Shown here: positions 56,001-64,000 of the stretch, piece by piece | Position numbering within the stretch: the first letter of the stretch is position 1 | Layout of the letters: every line of letters begins with the position of its first letter | DNA from: Laetmonice hystrix | Taxonomy: Eukaryota | Direction of reading: 5' to 3' | DNA length: 64,000 nt | NCBI GenBank assembly: GCA_965235115.1 | Contig: OZ249436.1 | Span: forward strand, 25,236,001 to 25,300,000 | Notes under the pieces: model-generated | Told to the model about the DNA's origin: nothing | Seen by the model: only the letters and a program-made list of their open reading frames with translations | Database searches by the model: none | Position numbers and translations under genes: made by a program

Positions 56001-57980
56001 ATTCATCCACGGTCTGGCCCAATAACGTGCAACAAGGCATAGTGAGTCAATGCGAGCTCGCATGTCAAACCTAACCCGCCCCCCAGCACATGAGCTGAAA
56101 ATATTCAAATAGCTTGAAAACTAGAATATAGCTTTGCTTAATACCATTATACCATCAACTCGCATTACAGGCCTAATGCGAAGCTCCCAGCCTAAAACGA
56201 GTTTCCAATTAATTTAAAGTTAACAAGATGCACTAATAATCGATTCCAAGCCTAATTAGGCCATTGCTAGTTGGATAACCAAATCTCATACAAAATACAC
56301 CCTCCCGGCAGATGACCTGAGAATATTCAACTCTTATGTCCGATATATCCCTGTCCGCTTTGTAGCACCCAGCCGGGCCCCCATTTTGACATTGCAACAC
56401 CAATACAGCAAGTGCCCAGCTAACAGCACAAATAACAGGATTCAGGGCTTCCTACCACGTTACAAGTCACAATAGATTGCTGCCTGTCGTAAAAATATAC
56501 CAGACCATTTTAAAAAGTCACAGAACCCCAATCCGGCCCTAATATGTCACTCCCAGTACCAATACACTCTGGAAGCACCATCAACTGAAATTCAGGCCTA
56601 GAACCCACCTCTCTATACCAATATCATGCACCTAGTCCGTATACGAGGTTGTAATTTACTTTAATCAACGGGCTGCGCCGCAGCAACCCACTCTGGTCTT
56701 TGCAATCTTTTTCAATATGCGTTAACATTTGTAACCAGCTCAACGCGCCTTGTAAAATTTTTCAAAGTGCGTAAAAGTGTGTGTCCACCCCGACACGCTT
56801 TCCAAACCACTATACCCACCGAGCGACATCCACTCAAATACAGGCTTCGACCGATCCTCACTGTGCCAATAATCCGCCACAAGGCAAATTCAGTCAATGC
56901 AAGCTGGAAAATCGAATGTCAAACCTAATACTCCCCCCCAGCACGTTAACTGAAAATAATCAACTAGCTTGAAAACTAGAATATAGCTTTGTTAAGCTAA
57001 CAATCTACTCTCCCAGCGCCATCAACTCGCATACAGGCGTAAAAGCAAACGCACTGCCCCATATAATGCTCCCAGCCTAAAACGATGTTGCAATTAATTT
57101 AAAATTAACAAGATGCACTAGTAATCCGATCCAAGCTTAATTACGTCATTGCTAGTTTCATAACCAAATCTCACAGAAAATACCCCACCCGGGCACATAA
57201 CCTGAAAATATTCAACTTTTATCTCCAATGTATCCCTGTGCACCTAGTAGCACCCAAGCGGGCCCAATTTTGACATCCCAACACAAATACCGCAAATACC
57301 CGCCTAATGGCACAAAAAACTTTCTACCCCGTTGCAAATCACATTAGCGTGCTGCTTGTCGTAAAAAATGGTGCAGACCATTTCTAAAGTCACAGTACCC
57401 CACTCCCGGCCTAATATTACGTTTCAGTATCCATATACGCTGCAAGCGGCAGGAACTCGAATACAGGCCTAAAAGTAACCTCAGTCTAGCAATATCATAC
57501 TCCCATGCCATATACGAGCTTGTAATTATCTTTAATTAATGGGCTCCGCAGCACCAACCCACTGCATTAACATTTGTTTAACAGCTTAACGCACCTTGTA
57601 AAATTTTTTCAAGTGCGTAAAAATGCGTGTCCACCTCCACATACTTTAAAAATCACTATACCCACCCAGCGACATCCACTCTAATACACGCCTAAAAGGA
57701 ACTTCACTGTCCCATTTGATTCTCCAGCACGTATAGGATGTTTCAAGTAACATTCATCCACGGTCTGGCCCAATAACGTGCAACAAGGCATAGTAAGTCA
57801 ATGCGACCTCGCATGTCAAACCTAACCCGCCCCCCAGCACATGAGCTGAAAATATTCAAATAGCGTGAAAACTAGAATATAGCTTTGCTTAATACCATTA
57901 TACCATCAACTCGCATTACAGGCCTAATGCGAAGCTCCCAGCCTAAAACGAGTTTCCAATTAATTTAAAGTTAACAAGAT

Positions 57981-58615
57981 GCACTAATAATCGATTCCAA
58001 GCCTAATTAGGCCATTGCTAGTTGGATAACCAAATCTCATACAAAATACACCCTCCCGGCAGATGACCTGAGAATATTCAACTCTTATGTCCGATATATC
58101 CCTGTCCGCTTAGTAGCACCCAGCCAGGCCCCCATTTTGACATTGCAACAAGTTGATTATTTTCAGTTAACGTGCTGGGGGGGGGGAGCATTAGGTTTGA
58201 CATTCGATTTTCCAGCTTGCATTGACTGAATTTGCCTTGTGGCGGATTATTGGCACAGTGAGGATCGGTCGAAGCCTGTATTTGAGTGGATGTCGCTCGG
58301 TGGGTATAGTGGTTTGGAAAGCGTGTCGGGGTGGACACACACTTTTACGCACTTTGAAAAATTTTACAAGGCGCGTTGAGCTGGTTACAAATGTTAACGC
58401 ATATTGAAAAAGATTGCAAAGACCAGAGTGGGTTGCTGCGGCGCAGCACTAATAATCGATTCCAAGCCTAATTAGGCCATTGCTAGTTGGATAACCAAAT
58501 CTCATACAAAATACACCCTCCCGGCAGATGACCTGAGAATATTCAACTCTTATGTCCGATATATCCCTGTCCGCTTAGTAGCACCCAGCCGGGCCCCCAT
58601 TTTGACATTGCAACA
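57981..58615 (+). repeat. 170 bp direct duplication (57981-58150 and 58446-58615) flanking the inverted fragment
   Basis: gcactaataatcgattcc...gacattgcaaca occurs on both sides of the inversion. Marker-ORF spacing here is 2216 bp, which equals 1751 plus 465 inserted. Confidence 0.95.
58151..58447 (-). repeat. Inverted 297 bp fragment of the satellite (last bases of A plus the first ~290 bp of B) inserted in subunit A of unit 34
   Basis: agttgattattttcagttaacgtgctgggggggggg...gtgggttgctgcggcgcagc is the reverse complement of gctgcgccgcagcaacccac...actgaaaataatcaact (e.g. 58888-59181). The marker ORF switches strand at 58222..58407. Confidence 0.97.
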
Positions 58616-61600
58616 CCAATACAGCAAGTGACCAGCTAACAGCACAAATAACAGGATTCAGGGCTTCCTACCACGTTACAAGTCACAATAGATTGCTGCC
58701 TGTCGTAAAAATATACCAGACCATTTTAAAAAGTCACAGGACCCAAATCCGGCCCTAATATGTCACTCCCAGTACCAATACACGCTGGAAGCACCATCAA
58801 CTGAAATTCAGGCCTAGAACCCACCTCTCTCTACCAATATCATGCACCTAGTCCGTATACGAGGTTGTAATTTACTTTAATCAACGGGCTGCGCCGCAGC
58901 AACCCACTCTGGTCTTTGCAATCTTTTTCAATATGCGTTAACATTTGTAACCAGCTCAACGCGCCTTGTAAAATTTTTCAAAGTGCGTAAAAGTGTGTGT
59001 CCACCCCGACACGCTTTCCAAACCACTATACCCACCGAGCGACATCCACTCAAATACAGGCTTCGACCGATCCTCACTGTGCCAATAATCCGCCACAAGG
59101 CAAATTCAGTCAATGCAAGCTGGAAAATCGAATGTCAAACCTAATGCTCCCCCCCAGCACGTTAACTGAAAATAATCAACTAGCTTGAAAACTAGAATAT
59201 AGCTTTGTTAAGCTAACAATCTACTCTCCCAGCGCCATCAACTCGCATACAGGCGTAAAAGCAAACGCACTGCCCCATATAATGCTCCCAGCCTAAAACG
59301 ATGTTGCAATTAATTTAAAATTAACAAGATGCACTAGTAATCCGATCCAAGCCTAATTACGTCATTGCTAGTTTCATAACCAAATCTTACAGAAAATACC
59401 CCACCCGCGCACATAACCTGAAAATATTCAACTTTTATCTCCAATGTATCCCTGTGCACCTAGTAGCACCCAAGCGGGCCCAATTTTGACATTCCAACAC
59501 AAATACCGCAAATACCCGCCTAATGGCACAAAAAACTTTCTACCCCGTTGCAAGTCACATTAGCTTGCTGCTTGTCGTAAAAAATGGTGCAGACCATTTC
59601 TAAAGTCACAGTACCCCACTCCCGGCCTAATATTACGTTTCAGTATCCATATACGCTGCAAGCGGCAGGAACTCGAATACAGGCCTAAAAGTAACCCCAG
59701 TCTAGCAATATCATACTCTCATGCCATATACGAGCTTGTAATTATCTTTAATTAATGGGCTCCGCAGCACCAACCCACTGCATTAACATTTGTTTAACAG
59801 CTTAACGCACCTTGTAAAAAATTTTCAAGTGCGTAAAAATGCGTGTCCACCTCCACATACTTTAAAAATCACTATACCCACCCAGCGACATTCACTCTAA
59901 TACACGCCTAAGAGGAACTTCACTGTCCCATTTGATTCTCCAGCACGTATAGGATGTTTCAAGTAACATTTATCCACGGTCTGGCCCAATAACGTGCAAC
60001 AAGGCATAGTAAGTCAATGCGACCTCGCATGTCAAACCTAACCCGCCCCCCAGCACATGAGCTGGAGATATTCAAATAGCTTGAAAACTAGAATATAGCT
60101 TTGCTTAATACCATTATACCATCAACTCGCATTACAGGCCTAATGCGAAGCTCCCAGCCTAAAACGAGTTTCCAATTAATTTAAAGTTAACAAGATGCAC
60201 TAATAATCGATTCCAAGCCTAATTAGGCCATTGCTAGTTGGATAACCAAATCTCATACAAAATACACCCTCCCGGCAGATGACCTGAGAATATTCAACTC
60301 TTATGTCCGATATATCCCTGTCCGCTTAGTAGCACCCAGCCGGGCCCCCATTTTGACATTGCAACACCAATACAGCAAGTGCCCAGCTAACAGCACAAAT
60401 AACAGGATTCAGGGCTTCCTACCACGTTACAAGTCACAATAGATTGCTGCCTGTCGTAAAAATATACCAGACCATTTTAAAAAGTCACAGAACCCCAATC
60501 CGGCCCTAATATGTCACTCCCAGTACCAATAGACGCTGGAAGCACCATCAACTGAAATTCAGGCCTAGAACCCACCTCTCTCTACCAATATCATGCACCT
60601 AGTCCGTATACGAGGTTGTAATTTACTTTAATCAACGGGCTGCGCCGCAGCAACCCACTCTGGTCTTTGCAATCTTTTTCAATATGCGTTAACATTTGTG
60701 ACCAGCTCAACGCGCCTTGTAAAATTTTTCAAAGTGCGTAAAAGTGTGTGTCCACCCCGACACGCTTTCCAAACCACTATACCCACCGAGCGACATCCAC
60801 TCAAATACAGGCTTCGACCGATCCTCACTGTGCCAATAATCCGCCACAAGGCAAATTCAGTCAATGCAAGCTGGAAAATCGAATGTCAAACCTAATGCCC
60901 CCCCCCAGCACGTTAACTGAAAATAATCAACTAGCTTGAAAACTAGAATATAGCTTTGTTTAGCTAACAATCTACTCTCCCAGCGCCATCACCTCGCATA
61001 CAGGCGTAAAAGCAAACGCACTGCCCCATATAATGCTCCCAGCCTAAAACGATGTTGCAATTAATTTAAAATTAACAAGATGCACTAGTAATCCGATCCA
61101 AGCCTAATTACGTCATTGCTAGTTTCATAACCAAATCTCACAGAAAATACCCCACCCGCGCACATAACCTAAAAATATTCAACTTTTATCTCCAATGTAT
61201 CCCTGTGCACCTAGTAGCACCCAAGCGGGCCCAATTTTGACATTCCAACACAAATACCGCAAATACCCGCCTAATGGCACAAAAAACTTTCTACCCCGTT
61301 GCAAGTCACATTAGCTTGCTGCTTGTCGTAAAAAATGGTGCAGACCATTTCTAAAGTCACAGTACCCAACTCTCGGCCTAATATTACGTTTCAGTATCCA
61401 TATACGCTGCAAGCGGCAAGAACTCGAATACAGGCCTAAAAGTAACCCCAGTCTAGCAATATCATACTCTCATGCCATATACGAGCTTGTAATTATCTTT
61501 AATTAATGGGCTCCGCAGCACCAACCCACTGCATTAACATTTGTTTAACAGCTTAACGCACCTTGTAAAAAATTTTCAAGTGCGTAAAAATGCGTGTCCA

Positions 61601-64000
61601 CCTCCACATACTTTAAAAATCACTATACCCACCCAGCGACATTCACTCTAATACACGCCTAAGAGGAACTTCACTGTCCCATTTGATTCTCCAGCACGTA
61701 TAGGATGTTTCAAGTAACATTCATCCACGGTCTGGCCCAATAACGTGCAACAAGGCATAGTAAGTCAATGCGAGCTCGCATGTCAAACCTAACCCGCCCC
61801 CCAGCACATGAGCTGAAAATATTCAAATAGCTTGAAAACTAGAATATAGCTTTGCTTAATACCATTATACCATCAACTCGCATTACAGGCCTAATGCGAA
61901 GCTCCCAGCCTAAAACGAGTTTCCAATTAATTTAAAGTTAACAAGATGCACTAATAATCGATTCCAAGCCTAATTAGGCCATTGCTAGTTGGATAACCAA
62001 ATCTCATACAAAATACACCCTCCCGGCAGATGACCTGAGAATATTCAACTCTTATGTCCGATATATCCCTGTCCGCTTAGTAGCACCCAGCCGGGCCCCC
62101 ATTTTGACATTGCAACACCAATACAGCAAGTGCCCAGCTAACAGCACAAATAACAGGATTCAGGGCTTCCTACCACGTTACAAGTCACAATAGATTGCTG
62201 CCTGTCGTAAAAATATACCAGACCATTTTAAAAAGTCACAGAACCCTAATCCGGCCCTAATATGTCACTCCCAGTACCAATACACTCTGGAAGCACCATC
62301 AACTGAAATTCAGGCCTAGAACCAAACCTCTCTCTACCAATATCATGCACCTAGTCCGTATACGAGGTTGTAATTTACTTTAATCAACGGGCTGCGCCGC
62401 AGCAACCCACTCTGGTCTTTGCAATCTTTTTCAATATGCGTTAACATTTGTAACCAGCTCAACGCGCCTTGTAAAATTTTTCAAAGTGCGTAAAAGTGTG
62501 TGTCCACCCCGACACGCTTTCCAAACCACTATACCCACCGAGCGACATCCACTCAAATACAGGCTTCGACCGATCCTCACTGTGCCAATAATCCGCCACA
62601 AGGCAAATTCAGTCAATGCAAGCTGGAAAATCGAATGTCAAACCTAATACTCCCCCCCCAGCACGTTAACTGAAAATAATCAACTAGCTTGAAAACTAGA
62701 ATATAGCTTTGTTTAGCTAACAATCTACTCTCCCAGCGCCATCAACTCGCATACAGGCGTAAAAGCAAACGCACTGCCCCATATAATGCTCCCAGCCTAA
62801 AACGATGTTGCAATTAATTTAAAATTAACAAGATGCACTAGTAATCCGATCCAAGCTTAATTACGTCATTGCTAGTTTCATAACCAAATCTCACAGAAAA
62901 TACCCCACCCGGGCACATAACCTGAAAATATTCAACTTTTATCTCCAATGTATCCCTGTGCACCTAGTAGCACCCAAGCGGGCCCAATTTTGACATCCCA
63001 ACACAAATACCGCAAATACCCGCCTAATGGCACAAAAAACTTTCTACCCCTTTGCAAGTCACATTAGCGTGCTGCTTGTCGTAAAAAATGGTGCAGACCA
63101 TTTCTAAAGTCACAGTACCCCACTCCCGGCCTAATATTACGTTTCAGTATCCATATACGCTGCAAGCGGCAGGAACTCGAATACAGGCCTAAAAGTAACC
63201 CCAGTCTAGCAATATCATACTCTCATGCCATATACGAGCTTGTAATTATCTTTAATTAATGGGCTCCGCAGCACCAACCCACTGCATTAACATTTGTTTA
63301 ACAGCTTAACGCACCTTGTAAAAAATTTTCAAGTGCGTAAAAATGCGTGTCCACCTCCACATACTTTAAAAATCACCATACCCACCCAGCGACATTCACT
63401 CTAATACACGCCTAAGAGGAACTTCACTGTCCCATTTGATTCTCCAGCACGTATAGGATGTTTTAAGTAACATTCATCCACGGTCTGGCCCAATAACGTG
63501 CAACAAGGCATAGTAAGTCAATGCGACCTCGCATGTCAAACCTAACCCGCCCCCCAGCACATGAGCTGAAAATATTCAAATAGCGTGAAAACTAGAATAT
63601 AGCTTTGCTTAATACCATTATACCATCAACTCGCATTACAGGCCTAATGCGAAGCTCCCAGCCTAAAACGAGTTTCCAATTAATTTAAAGTTAACAAGAT
63701 GCACTAATAATCGATTCCAAGCCTAATTAGGCCATTGCTAGTTGGATAACCAAATCTCATACAAAATACACCCTCCCGGCAGATGACCTGAGAATATTCA
63801 ACTCTTATGTCCGATATATCCCTGTCCGCTTTGTAGCACCCAGCCGGGCCCCCATTTTGACATTGCAACACCAATACAGCAAGTGCCCAGCTAACAGCAC
63901 AAATAACAGGATTCAGGGCTTCCTACCACGTTACAAGTCACAATAGATTGCTGCCTGTCGTAAAAATATACCAGACCATTTTAAAAAGTCACAGAACCCC

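Larger units (their letters stand above)
1..64000 (+). repeat. Tandem macrosatellite array, ~1752 bp unit, 36 complete units plus a partial 37th; runs off both window ends
   Basis: The marker cgcagcaccaacccactgcattaac recurs at about 1, 1696, 3450, 5202, 6900, 8653, 10405, 12104, 13799, 15549, 17304, 19056, 20810, 22562, 24316, 26068, 27819, 29571, 31325, 33076, 34829, 36581, 38333, 40087, 41839, 43591, 45347, 47098, 48850, 50601, 52348, 54101, 55796, 57547, 59763, 61515 and 63267. Identical short ORFs recur at the same ~1.75 kb period. Units differ only by scattered SNPs and small indels. The unit phase is arbitrary (set to the window start). Confidence 0.99.

Noticed and set aside
58078..58338. 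Unique 86 aa ORF
   Set aside because: Chance read-through across the inversion junction; no evidence of a gene.
58151..58447. Inverted segment as a transposon insertion or recombinase-driven invertible switch
   Set aside because: It is pure satellite sequence with no terminal inverted repeats or recombinase sites. It is an added copy rather than an in-place flip, and a 170 bp duplication is far longer than a target-site duplication.
1..64000. Tandem RNA-gene or gene cluster (5S rDNA, tRNA, snRNA, SL RNA, histone) or CRISPR array
   Set aside because: I could not recognise 5S, tRNA, snRNA or SL motifs, long ORFs, or a repeat plus unique-spacer pattern on either strand. An Infernal/Rfam scan of the consensus would be the decisive test for a diverged RNA.

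Overview
The whole 64 kb window is one non-coding tandem macrosatellite, most likely eukaryotic centromeric, pericentromeric or subtelomeric DNA (inference; I do not recognise the family or organism). It holds 36 complete, near-identical ~1.75 kb units plus a partial 37th unit starting at 63267. Each unit is a dimer of two diverged, homologous subunits: A (~883 bp) and B (~870 bp). Each subunit shows traces of an older ~220 bp periodicity. I find no credible gene, RNA gene, CRISPR array or transposon; every ORF in the track is the same short incidental frame repeated once per unit. The informative structure lies in the variants. (1) A single break in polarity: a 297 bp inverted piece of B (58151-58447) flanked by a 170 bp direct duplication, resembling a template-switch event. 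(2) A 56 bp deletion allele in five units. (3) Local 2-, 3- and 5-unit higher-order repeats defined by SNPs. (4) A homogeneous central block with private alleles, flanked on both sides by units sharing the same rarer haplotypes, which suggests layered expansion. All comparisons were made by eye.
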